Source: a virus (taxonomy: Duplodnaviria; Caudoviricetes). From it: DNA of 64,000 nucleotides. This document shows, one piece after another, positions 1 to 8,126 of this stretch. The notes beneath the pieces are model-generated. The model was not told where the DNA came from. It did no database searches and saw only the letters and a list, made by a program, of their open reading frames with translations. The position numbers were made by a program, and so were the translations under genes. How positions within the stretch are numbered: position 1 is the stretch's first letter; every line of letters starts with the position of its first letter. Where the stretch lies: IMG/VR virus record IMGVR_UViG_3300025141_000018; one strand, 5' to 3'.

Positions 1-8
1 CAAATTGT

Positions 9-242
9 TTACTCTTCATCTTCTTCCTCGTATTCTTCTCTTAAACCCCAGTAATATTTGTTATACGGCAAAGGAACTGTGAAACAATATGTTGATATAT
101 CGCCGGGATTTTGTAGTTCACCGCCTTTTTCGACTGTCTTCATATACTTTGTTGGACATTCTTGGGGTGCAGTAACCATAATCCATCCCATTATACTGAG
201 TCCTATTATCGCTAAATTTACAGTTGTAATCATACTATTCAA
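9..242 (-). CDS. hypothetical small membrane protein
   Basis: 77-aa ORF with N-terminal hydrophobic stretch and acidic tail. Confidence 0.55.
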   Translation of the reverse strand: MNSMITTVNLAIIGLSIMGWIMVTAPQECPTKYMKTVEKGGELQNPGDISTYCFTVPLPYNKYYWGLREEYEEEDEE

Positions 243-432
243 AAACGTTATATTTTCTAAGTATGCCTCGTTCGGCAGATATTAAGTATTCTCTAGGAAC
301 ACCAAGGTTTCCAAGTGTAGCATCTATTGTACACATTTCATATGAACCACTTTGTGCTTCTGAACGAAGTTCAAGAAGTGCATTAATTGCAATTTGCAGT
401 TTTAGTCTATCCTTGATGTGTTCTGGTGCCAT
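235..432 (-). CDS. hypothetical protein (early gene)
   Basis: 65-aa ORF with SD AAGGAG, downstream of the sigma70-like promoter at 467-494. Confidence 0.6.
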   Translation of the reverse strand: MAPEHIKDRLKLQIAINALLELRSEAQSGSYEMCTIDATLGNLGVPREYLISAERGILRKYNVFE

Positions 433-466
433 TTTATATGTCTCCTTGTTGTTTCAGCATGTAAGT

Positions 467-494
467 ATTATACAATCTACACACAAAAAGTCAA
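467..494 (-). promoter_or_regulatory. sigma70-like early promoter TTGACT-N16-TATAAT
   Basis: minus strand reads ggTTGACTttttgtgtgtagattgTATAAT. Confidence 0.7.
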
Positions 495-517
495 CCAAAA
501 AATGGCACTTTTTGAAA

Positions 518-1477
518 TCAAGCCGCTATTGTATCAATTATAACTTTTGTAATATCATATGGATTAGCATTAGATGCTGGGCGCCTATCTTCTAAATAAC
601 CGGTTGTATAATTAGATTCAACTGTTTCGGGCGGTATTCGTACACTTGCACCCCTATCACCCTCGCCATAACTAAACCGATCAATTGATGCTGTCTCATG
701 TAAGCCAGTTAATCTTTGATCGTTATCTTTTCCATAAACTTCAATATGAATAGCATGATTTTGGTCTAATTTATTAAGTATACTATCATATACTTCTTTA
801 TTAGCATCATTTCTCATTTTGTCTGTACTAAAGTTTGTGTGCATACCAGATCCATTCCAATCACCTTTAATAGGCTTAGGTTCTATATTAATATCACAGC
901 CATGCTCCTCTGCAACTCTCTCTAAAATGTATCGTGACATCCAAAGATCATCTCCGGCATTTTTTGCACCTTTACTAAACACTTGGTATTCCCATTGTCC
1001 AAGAGCAACTTCTGCATTTGTACCAGTAATATCAATATTTGCATCAATACATTTAGTCATATGATCAGAAACTACATTTCGTCCTGCAACGTTGCTTGCA
1101 CCTATACCACAGTAATATGGTCCTTGGGGTCCAGGCTCTCCATTTGCCCAACCTAATGGTTTACCAGTACCGTTTGTTATAAAGTATTCTTGTTCAAATC
1201 CAAACCAATATCCATCTGAGTCTTCAAATGTTATGGCTTCTCTCTTGTCAGTTGAACACATAACAAGAAAAGCACCAGTAAGAAACGGATTAGGATATAG
1301 TTTAACTGGTGTTAATGTAACATCCGAATGATCGCCGGGTGCTTGATCTGTTGAAGAACCATCATACGACCAAACAGGTACTTCTTCTAATTTGCTAATG
1401 TTGCCTTCCGCAACCTTTACTTTACTACGTAATTTTTCGTTAGCATCGAGCCATACGTATTCTAATACTGTCTTCAT
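518..1477 (-). CDS. glnII: glutamine synthetase type II
   Basis: WSYDGSST, GPQGPYYCG, NAEVALGQWEYQ, DWNGSGMHTNFST, RLTGLHETA, DRGASVRIP, YLEDRRPASN motifs. Confidence 0.93.
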   Translation of the reverse strand: MKTVLEYVWLDANEKLRSKVKVAEGNISKLEEVPVWSYDGSSTDQAPGDHSDVTLTPVKLYPNPFLTGAFLVMCSTDKREAITFEDSDGYWFGFEQEYFITNGTGKPLGWANGEPGPQGPYYCGIGASNVAGRNVVSDHMTKCIDANIDITGTNAEVALGQWEYQVFSKGAKNAGDDLWMSRYILERVAEEHGCDINIEPKPIKGDWNGSGMHTNFSTDKMRNDANKEVYDSILNKLDQNHAIHIEVYGKDNDQRLTGLHETASIDRFSYGEGDRGASVRIPPETVESNYTTGYLEDRRPASNANPYDITKVIIDTIAA

Positions 1478-1697
1478 TTTATCTCCTTCGAGTCTAAAAA
1501 ATAGACAATGTTATTTAAATTTTCCATTATATTCCTTCCGAATATGCTTAATTTTTCACATTGTATATTTACCGTGGTATTATAGAAACATACGTGCTTA
1601 GGCATATTTTGGAAAAAAGTGCTTAAAATTTATAAGAGACGTCTATTTTTGCTACACGACTAAATAGAATAGTTTAGGTTAGGAGTAATAGAACAAA

Positions 1698-2582
1698 ATG
1701 ACACAATTAATTAACCCTGTTGAATTTACGACTGTGGTTAAGCGTCTTCGTTCCTTTTTCGATAACTTAAATTTTCAAGAAGTACACACCCAAAATAGAT
1801 TAAGCATACTTGCCGCTTGTGAGGACCCAACTACTGTTGCAACCTACGAGTATGGAGGCAAGATATGGCCACTTCCACAAACTGGACAAATGTGGCTTGA
1901 ATACGAACTACTAACAAAACCTGATTTGGCAGGTTGTTATTGTGTTAGTACAAGTTACAGGCAAGAGCAAAATCCACAGGAAGGCCGGCACGAAGTTATT
2001 TTTCCAATGTTTGAATTTGAATCACCAGGTGGTTTTGATGATTTATTAAAAATGGAAAGTGATTTATTAACACACCTCGGATTTAATTGTGATCACGGAA
2101 GAGCAGTTTACAATGATGGACTCATTGACTTCCCAGGTGGGTATTACCAAAGTATGGTAGCACATTATGCGGCGGCCAATAACGAGCTGACCAGTTACCA
2201 CGAAAGCAACATGTATGATGAATACGGAGATGTATTCTTCTTAACATTATTTCCTGAATCAACCAGTCCTTTCTGGAATATGAAAATTTCAGATCAAAGA
2301 GGACCAAAAGATATGAAACTTGCAAATAAATGTGACGTCATCATAGGAGGCATGGAAACTATTGGTAGTGCTGAGAGATCTTGTAATGTACAAGAAATGA
2401 AAGAGCAATTCTATACAATATCCGATGGCGGATATGCTGGTTTGCTATTTGATTTATTTGGTAAAGAGCGGGTAGAGTACGAACTTTTTGAATTTTTAAG
2501 TTATGATTTTAAACCACGTTATGGTGGTGGTATAGGAATAACACGCTTAATTGCAGGAATGAAAAAAGCGGGCCTGTTATAA
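1698..2582 (+). CDS. class IIb aaRS catalytic-domain-only protein (AsnRS/AspRS-like; archaeal-type asparagine synthetase-like)
   Basis: motif 1 RLRSFFDNLNFQEVHT, motif 2 SYRQEQNPQEGRHEVIFPMFEFE, motif 3 GGGIGITRL; no N-terminal OB anticodon-binding domain; TAAATA at 1661-1666 and SD AGGAG upstream. Confidence 0.85.
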   Translation: MTQLINPVEFTTVVKRLRSFFDNLNFQEVHTQNRLSILAACEDPTTVATYEYGGKIWPLPQTGQMWLEYELLTKPDLAGCYCVSTSYRQEQNPQEGRHEVIFPMFEFESPGGFDDLLKMESDLLTHLGFNCDHGRAVYNDGLIDFPGGYYQSMVAHYAAANNELTSYHESNMYDEYGDVFFLTLFPESTSPFWNMKISDQRGPKDMKLANKCDVIIGGMETIGSAERSCNVQEMKEQFYTISDGGYAGLLFDLFGKERVEYELFEFLSYDFKPRYGGGIGITRLIAGMKKAGLL

Positions 2583-2737
2583 TGACAGAGAATGCTGAAA
2601 ATGCATTTATAGACCTTTTCTTCTTTGAGAAATACGGATTTGCTAGTTGCTTTGAGTGCGACAAAACATTTACAGACCTTGTTGAACTAAGCAAGCATCA
2701 AGAGGAACATCTTAAAGAAGAACAGACTCTGGGGTGA
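2582..2737 (+). CDS. 51-aa C2H2 zinc-finger mini-protein (below ORF-track cutoff)
   Basis: MTENAENAFIDLFFFEKYGFASCFECDKTFTDLVELSKHQEEHLKEEQTLG; exact C-x2-C-x3-F-x5-L-x2-H-x3-H; start overlaps upstream stop (TAATG). Confidence 0.7.
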   Translation: MTENAENAFIDLFFFEKYGFASCFECDKTFTDLVELSKHQEEHLKEEQTLG

Positions 2738-2819
2738 CGAAACGGTAGACGTGGTACGTTGTTTGCGTATTGTCCCTTTGCAGAGGGGCGTGTTGGTTCG
2801 AATCCAACCCCCAGAGCCA
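2728..2819 (+). tRNA. atypical tRNA, anticodon GUU (Asn), long variable arm, encoded CCA
   Basis: acceptor TCTGGGG/CCCCAGA, G73, CCA; D stem ACG/CGT; anticodon stem GTACG/CGTAT with loop TTGTTTG; variable stem GTCCCTT/GAGGGGC; T arm GTTGG-TTCGAAT-CCAAC. Confidence 0.88.
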
Positions 2820-2847
2820 TTCATAGTTTAGATTAGGTTAATATTTA

Positions 2848-3108
2848 TTAACGACTATTTAAAACATACACTTTCTTTTTCAATTTTCCAACTGTAAAAA
2901 AATTAAAACCCAATGGTACAGGCTTGTCCCATCCGTTCTTACGTGCTTGTGAAACACTAGAAAATATACCTACTTTAAACATTAAATGAGCCATTAGTGT
3001 GCCATCACCGAATCGAATTGGATTATCTAATCCAAATAACTCTATGTCTTCTTCAGTTTCTTTTTCGTGGGCAAAGTCGAATTCGGGACTACCGGTATGT
3101 CTATCCAT
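2848..3108 (-). CDS. small protein with possible S4-like RNA-binding motif
   Basis: LMAHLMFKVGIFSSVSQARK resembles the S4 motif of the TyrRS C-terminal domain; SD AGGAG 10 nt upstream. Confidence 0.45.
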   Translation of the reverse strand: MDRHTGSPEFDFAHEKETEEDIELFGLDNPIRFGDGTLMAHLMFKVGIFSSVSQARKNGWDKPVPLGFNFFTVGKLKKKVYVLNSR

Positions 3109-3290
3109 GGTAACATATCTCCTTTTTGTAACTGTTTTATCTTTCGATAAGCATGATCCAATTTAGATAATGTGTTAGTGTTTGATACCTCGACATACAC
3201 TCTACGTAATTCTCGAAGTATACGTTCTCGTTCTTTAATGTGTCCTCGGGGGTATTGTTTGTTAGTACTCATTATATTACTATTTAACAT
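3042..3290 (-). CDS. hypothetical protein
   Basis: basic ORF in the minus-strand gene run; 3' end overlaps the next gene. Confidence 0.45.
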   Translation of the reverse strand: MLNSNIMSTNKQYPRGHIKERERILRELRRVYVEVSNTNTLSKLDHAYRKIKQLQKGDMLPWIDIPVVPNSTLPTKKKLKKT

Positions 3291-4324
3291 GTTTCATAAT
3301 GCACGGCTTCAAGTATATCTGCACAACCTACAGTTTTATCACACGAAGTATAACATTCTCTTAATGGCTTATTTTCTAACATATCAAAAAAATCCTTTTG
3401 GTATTTGTCAGTATCTAATATTGTTTTAATATCATGTTTACTAGCATTATTCCAATCGTTACCTAACCAATTATAGATTTCTTTACCGGCACCACCTTCA
3501 TGTGATTCTGCTCGACTAGCATTCCACATACAACATGGTAATATATCTCCGTTTACTGTAAGATAAATTGCTGATCCTGCTAAACTTAAACATTTTATAT
3601 TATGATCGGGCGTTGGCTTTGGTAATGTAACAAAGTTATCTGATAACGGAGTTGCCAATGTAATAGGCCTTTTAAGGAAATTAATTGCTCTATCAGATTC
3701 GTTATAATCTAATACTGATCTAAATCTTTTACAACCCAGTTTTTTACTATACTCTTTAACTAATGGTACATTGTGTTTATTGTGTTTAAATATAACCATT
3801 TTCCATTCAGCAACTCCTCCATTGCTTATAAACGTATGCATATTACGTTCTATTAATTCCCAATTTTCACGAGCCGTTGATTGTCCTATTCTATATTTGC
3901 TATTAGCCTCACCTAAATCATCTATAGAAAATGTTATATATCTATTTTCTTTATTACAAAATTTTGCTAACTCCTTCCATACAGTTTCATTTCCTAATGT
4001 TCCGTTTGTATGAAAAAAGAATCTTATACGTTTGTTTCTTGAGGATACCATTGCTTCACAAATATCAAGAATACCTTTATGTCCAAGTGGATCGCCATAT
4101 GTACCTATAAATTCAATTTGTTTCCATAATAATGAGTTGGGACCTTCAAATAAGTTATGCTTGAATATATTAGGATCTAAATATTGATTATATATTACAT
4201 TATTGTTTTTATGTAACGTATTATTTTCATATCTGTATCGTTTACAGCCAGGGCAAAACAGATTACAAAATGTAGTTAATTCAACTTCTAATGTTATTTT
4301 ACCAAATTTATCTGTATTAAACAT
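3284..4324 (-). CDS. radical SAM protein with C-terminal SPASM/twitch-like domain
   Basis: CNLFCPGC (CxxxCxxC), GTYGDP, FSIDD, GDILPCCM, terminal CxxxC; start moved to MFNTDK. Confidence 0.88.
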   Translation of the reverse strand: MFNTDKFGKITLEVELTTFCNLFCPGCKRYRYENNTLHKNNNVIYNQYLDPNIFKHNLFEGPNSLLWKQIEFIGTYGDPLGHKGILDICEAMVSSRNKRIRFFFHTNGTLGNETVWKELAKFCNKENRYITFSIDDLGEANSKYRIGQSTARENWELIERNMHTFISNGGVAEWKMVIFKHNKHNVPLVKEYSKKLGCKRFRSVLDYNESDRAINFLKRPITLATPLSDNFVTLPKPTPDHNIKCLSLAGSAIYLTVNGDILPCCMWNASRAESHEGGAGKEIYNWLGNDWNNASKHDIKTILDTDKYQKDFFDMLENKPLRECYTSCDKTVGCADILEAVHYETC

Positions 4325-5342
4325 TTTTACCACACTTATGAAAACATGTCCGTATATATTCTTCTTTACGTAAAACTGCTGGTATGTGTTCTGCAAAATA
4401 CGGATGTTCAAATACTTTTGCTACGCCATGTTTTTTTATATTATTCCAGTCATTTGAATAATTATTAAAAAACTCTTTCATGTCGTCTTCTTTGTTTAAT
4501 CTATAATGATAACAACATGGCCACATTTCAAAATTATATGTAATAGCAATAGTTTTTCTTTCGTTAACATGCATACAATCAAATCCTTTTGGATTCTCTA
4601 ATCTTTCTTTTATTTGTTTTTCAATATGTTTAGTTTGCTTAGTAGTTTGTTTAGGTGCTATTACTTGTTTTAATTTGTTATGTGTTTCATTATATGTGTC
4701 TTGCGAAATATGTTGCTTTACTTCTTCTGTTACTTTTAACACATCATTTATTTTTCTAGTATTATGCATATAAAAATGAAAACCATATTCTTGTGCTTTC
4801 TTTTTTGTATACATAACATCGTCTATATTATGTCCAAATTGAATAAACTGCCAGCCACCTTTTCCTTCGTACTGTTTAAAAATATTTAAATTGCGTTCAA
4901 TTATTTCGTAGTCACTACCTATTCTATATTTTTCATTAACGGCTTGATGGCTACCATCTATTGCTACTACAAAACGTATTTTAGTTCCGCCTAGTTTATT
5001 TGTTAGCATAGCAATATTCCGCCAAGTCTCTTCCGTGCCTAATGTAGCATTAGTTGAAATATAAACAGTTTTTGCATTGTGGCTTAACAGAGCATCCACA
5101 ATACTAATGAAATCAGGATTGCCCATAGGGTCAGAGACACCACCAGACAAGGACCAATATACTTCATTTACTATTCCCTCATTTGCTAACCAGTTAATAT
5201 CATCAACCGTCCAATGCTTGATGGGTATTTTTTCTTTGCTTTTAACTACTCTATGATATCGTTCGCACAATACACAAGTTAAATTACAAAAACTAGTTAT
5301 TTCACAATCTACTTCGTGAACTTTCCGCATCGTTGTATACAA
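4317..5342 (-). CDS. radical SAM protein with C-terminal SPASM/twitch-like domain
   Basis: CNLTCVLC, GGVSDP, VAIDG, EMWPCCY, CFHKC. Confidence 0.88.
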   Translation of the reverse strand: MYTTMRKVHEVDCEITSFCNLTCVLCERYHRVVKSKEKIPIKHWTVDDINWLANEGIVNEVYWSLSGGVSDPMGNPDFISIVDALLSHNAKTVYISTNATLGTEETWRNIAMLTNKLGGTKIRFVVAIDGSHQAVNEKYRIGSDYEIIERNLNIFKQYEGKGGWQFIQFGHNIDDVMYTKKKAQEYGFHFYMHNTRKINDVLKVTEEVKQHISQDTYNETHNKLKQVIAPKQTTKQTKHIEKQIKERLENPKGFDCMHVNERKTIAITYNFEMWPCCYHYRLNKEDDMKEFFNNYSNDWNNIKKHGVAKVFEHPYFAEHIPAVLRKEEYIRTCFHKCGKNV

Positions 5343-6277
5343 GTTTCAATTGGGTTTGTTTCGATTCTTTTATCTAATTTTTCCCAAAATTTTTCATTTG
5401 CAATCGAATGAAAACTTTTATATTTTATATTTTTTATTTGCATTACTTCTTTTACTTCTTGTCTAGTTTGTAACCTATTATCATGGGGGCTTGCACCTAA
5501 ATGACAACAAGGAAACACATCACCAGATGCTCCTACATATATTGTTTTCCAATCTTTGCATTGCGGAGCATCAACAAATCCTTTATAATCATTCTTTTTA
5601 ACAATGTTATTCATATCCATATTTTCGGATACTTTTATATTAGGAATATCAAATCCTTCATTAAGATTATTAGACACAAAAAAATCTTTAAAACCTAATT
5701 TTGTTGCAAGAGTTCCTGCTTCTTCAACTTGATGTTTATTGTGTTCAAACATAATATACTTCCAATGAGCATTTCCGCCATTGCTTATAAATGTATGTAC
5801 ATTTTCCATTATTTTTTCCCATCGTACATTGCGTCTATATAAATGATTTGTATCTTCTAATCCATCTATTGAAAAGTTTACAATTAGTTTTCCTGCAAAT
5901 ATATTACCACCTATTATTGTTTTAGTTTTAATATTTGCAAGTGCTATCCATGCATCTTCTTTACCTAGTCCTCCATTTGTATCTATAGTTATGAACGAAA
6001 ATCGTTTAAATTCAATTATCTTGTGAATTATTTTTATAATATCTTTATTGAATAACGGATCTCCCATATTTCCACATAAATTAATTTGAACTTTATCTAT
6101 TATATTTGTACTAGAAAATATGTTTTCAATATCTTCTACAGTTAAATTATTATTATATGTTACTAAAGGATTAAGATAAGAAACGTTTTCATCAAGTGTA
6201 TGCCTCATGCATAACGGGCATCTTGCATTACAACCTGAGCTTAACTCTAAATGTAACTTCCTTATTTCAGAATACAT
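5309..6277 (-). CDS. radical SAM protein with C-terminal SPASM/twitch-like domain
   Basis: CNARCPLC, CGNMGDP, FSIDG, GDVFPCCH, CIQRC. Confidence 0.9.
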   Translation of the reverse strand: MYSEIRKLHLELSSGCNARCPLCMRHTLDENVSYLNPLVTYNNNLTVEDIENIFSSTNIIDKVQINLCGNMGDPLFNKDIIKIIHKIIEFKRFSFITIDTNGGLGKEDAWIALANIKTKTIIGGNIFAGKLIVNFSIDGLEDTNHLYRRNVRWEKIMENVHTFISNGGNAHWKYIMFEHNKHQVEEAGTLATKLGFKDFFVSNNLNEGFDIPNIKVSENMDMNNIVKKNDYKGFVDAPQCKDWKTIYVGASGDVFPCCHLGASPHDNRLQTRQEVKEVMQIKNIKYKSFHSIANEKFWEKLDKRIETNPIETCIQRCGKFTK

Positions 6278-6786
6278 TTTACCTGTTCATATGCTTTCTT
6301 ATTATTTACTTGATCCATATGACAAGGTAGATTAGGTGTAATGTTTACGTGAATTTTAGTTACTTCTTCAAGGGGTTGGTCAAACCAACTTATATGATGG
6401 GCGGTTGGATATTCCTTTATTATTTGTTTTAATAATAATTCGTGCATATTAAGCATGTATTCTTGATCAAAACAATAACGTACATACCAATCTAAGTGAG
6501 GATAATCGGGGTGGTCTTTTTTATTTAAAGCATCTGTGATAACAATATCTGAATTGTTATATACTATATCATCATGAAATGTATTATCTGTTGCGTGTAT
6601 TCTATAAGGACTTGTGTGTACAAATACTAAAGGCACGTTGCCGTATAATGTAAATTTTTTTGCTTGTTGCCAAAGTCTATATTCACATGCTCCGGGAAAA
6701 GCATGAACTTGATTGGCACCTAACAAGTTAGGCCATGCCCATTTAGTATCTCTTGTATAACAAAAACTATCGCCAATAATAATCAT
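6262..6786 (-). CDS. SGNH/GDSL-like hydrolase-fold protein
   Basis: N-terminal IIGDSF followed by W-P-x-L-L and T-x-P-x-R pattern. Confidence 0.55.
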   Translation of the reverse strand: MIIIGDSFCYTRDTKWAWPNLLGANQVHAFPGACEYRLWQQAKKFTLYGNVPLVFVHTSPYRIHATDNTFHDDIVYNNSDIVITDALNKKDHPDYPHLDWYVRYCFDQEYMLNMHELLLKQIIKEYPTAHHISWFDQPLEEVTKIHVNITPNLPCHMDQVNNKKAYEQVKCILK

Positions 6787-7067
6787 TTATCCATGCCACT
6801 AAAGTGATATAATAATATAGTGTAATGTAATGCTTTTAGCAAGTCTTTTTTATTCTTGCCTTCTTTGTCACCAAAACGATAAAGATATTTTATTGCATTT
6901 GCTCTGCAAAAAGGTTCTGCAATTTGTAAATGTTCAAATACATCTTGTATTTGAAAGTTTGCGGTACTAGCGGCATAATGCTCGCTATATGTTTTGTTTA
7001 CATAGTCTGTTAATTCTTTAAGGATTTCTCCTTCATTGTATCTATATTTCATATTCCTTTTAATCAA
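6783..7067 (-). CDS. DUF3310/T7 gp1.7-like phage protein
   Basis: HY...FCRANAIKYLYRFGDKEGKNKKDLLKALHY pattern. Confidence 0.65.
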   Translation of the reverse strand: MIKRNMKYRYNEGEILKELTDYVNKTYSEHYAASTANFQIQDVFEHLQIAEPFCRANAIKYLYRFGDKEGKNKKDLLKALHYTILLYHFSGMDK

Positions 7068-7500
7068 TCATTTTGACTCGGTCTTCGTGCCTACCACCTA
7101 AGAAGTCCGTTTCAAAAAATGTTCTTGCTATATTAATTGCTTGGTATGGTGTTAATACTCTTGCTCCCATACACAATACATTTGCATTATTATGTTGTCT
7201 AGCCATCATTGCAGTATATACATCATGACAAAGTGCGGCTCTAATACCCGTTACTTTATTAGCAACCATACTCATACCAATACCTGTGCCACATATGAGT
7301 ACACCATAATCTGCATCACCACCTGCTACCAAATCAGCAACCGTTTTACCATATTCGGGATAATGTACATTATCAAGTGAGTCGCAACCTACATCATGAA
7401 AAGAGGTATCGGGTTTACGTATCAATGTTGCATATAATGCATCTTTAAGTAATTGTTTAATTTCATAACCCGCGTGATCGCATCCTATTACAAATTTCAT
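7060..7500 (-). CDS. rpiB: ribose-5-phosphate isomerase B
   Basis: GCDHAG, ICGTGIGMSMVANKVTGIRAA, ARQHNNANVL, FLGGRH..R. Confidence 0.95.
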   Translation of the reverse strand: MKFVIGCDHAGYEIKQLLKDALYATLIRKPDTSFHDVGCDSLDNVHYPEYGKTVADLVAGGDADYGVLICGTGIGMSMVANKVTGIRAALCHDVYTAMMARQHNNANVLCMGARVLTPYQAINIARTFFETDFLGGRHEDRVKMID

Positions 7501-8126
7501 AATTTACACCATGCAAATCTTAAGTCCCAATCATAGTTCACGCAATATCCTGCATCCTCTAACAATTTTACGGATCTATAATGTTTAATATGATTAACAT
7601 CATCAAATATAACAGTTTTTTGTTTTAAATGATCTCCTTGTAGTTGCATTAGGCCTTCTTTAAATTCATAAAAGCCCATGCCACCCGCACTATCCAAAAA
7701 TATTAATTGATTATTGTCATTACTAATTAATAAAGGTAAAACATTTTCAGTAGGGCATTCTACATTAATTTCTCTAGTATAAAAATCACGTTCCTGTCGG
7801 TGATCGCTAATATCTCGTTTTACACTCCACGGAAACTCATGATCGTCTTGTAATATAAATTCTACTGAGCCTTTGCGATCCATACTTAATCCGTTAACTA
7901 CTGTTACGTTTGGATATCGACTTAAATTGTTTGTTGCTACTTCTGCTCGTTGTTTGTTACATTCGATAGTAGTTGTTTTAATTCCTGTGCGAGCAAATAC
8001 CGTGGTTGAACCAGTTCCCATAAATGTACCTGTTTCGACTATGTCTTCAAACTCGAAATGTTCGCATAACCAATTAACTGCTATGCTAAAATATCGATTT
8101 TTGTTTAATTCTGTCTCGTATGCCAT
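7497..8126 (-). CDS. class I SAM-dependent methyltransferase-like protein
   Basis: IVETGTFMGTGST motif I, LIFLDS, VIFDD. Confidence 0.7.
   Translation of the reverse strand: MAYETELNKNRYFSIAVNWLCEHFEFEDIVETGTFMGTGSTTVFARTGIKTTTIECNKQRAEVATNNLSRYPNVTVVNGLSMDRKGSVEFILQDDHEFPWSVKRDISDHRQERDFYTREINVECPTENVLPLLISNDNNQLIFLDSAGGMGFYEFKEGLMQLQGDHLKQKTVIFDDVNHIKHYRSVKLLEDAGYCVNYDWDLRFAWCKL

Noticed and set aside
1497-1650. 10-bp inverted repeat GTCTATTTTT across the glnII/AsnRS-like spacer as an operator
   Set aside because: Short and AT-rich, so plausibly chance; one copy is part of a small local hairpin.
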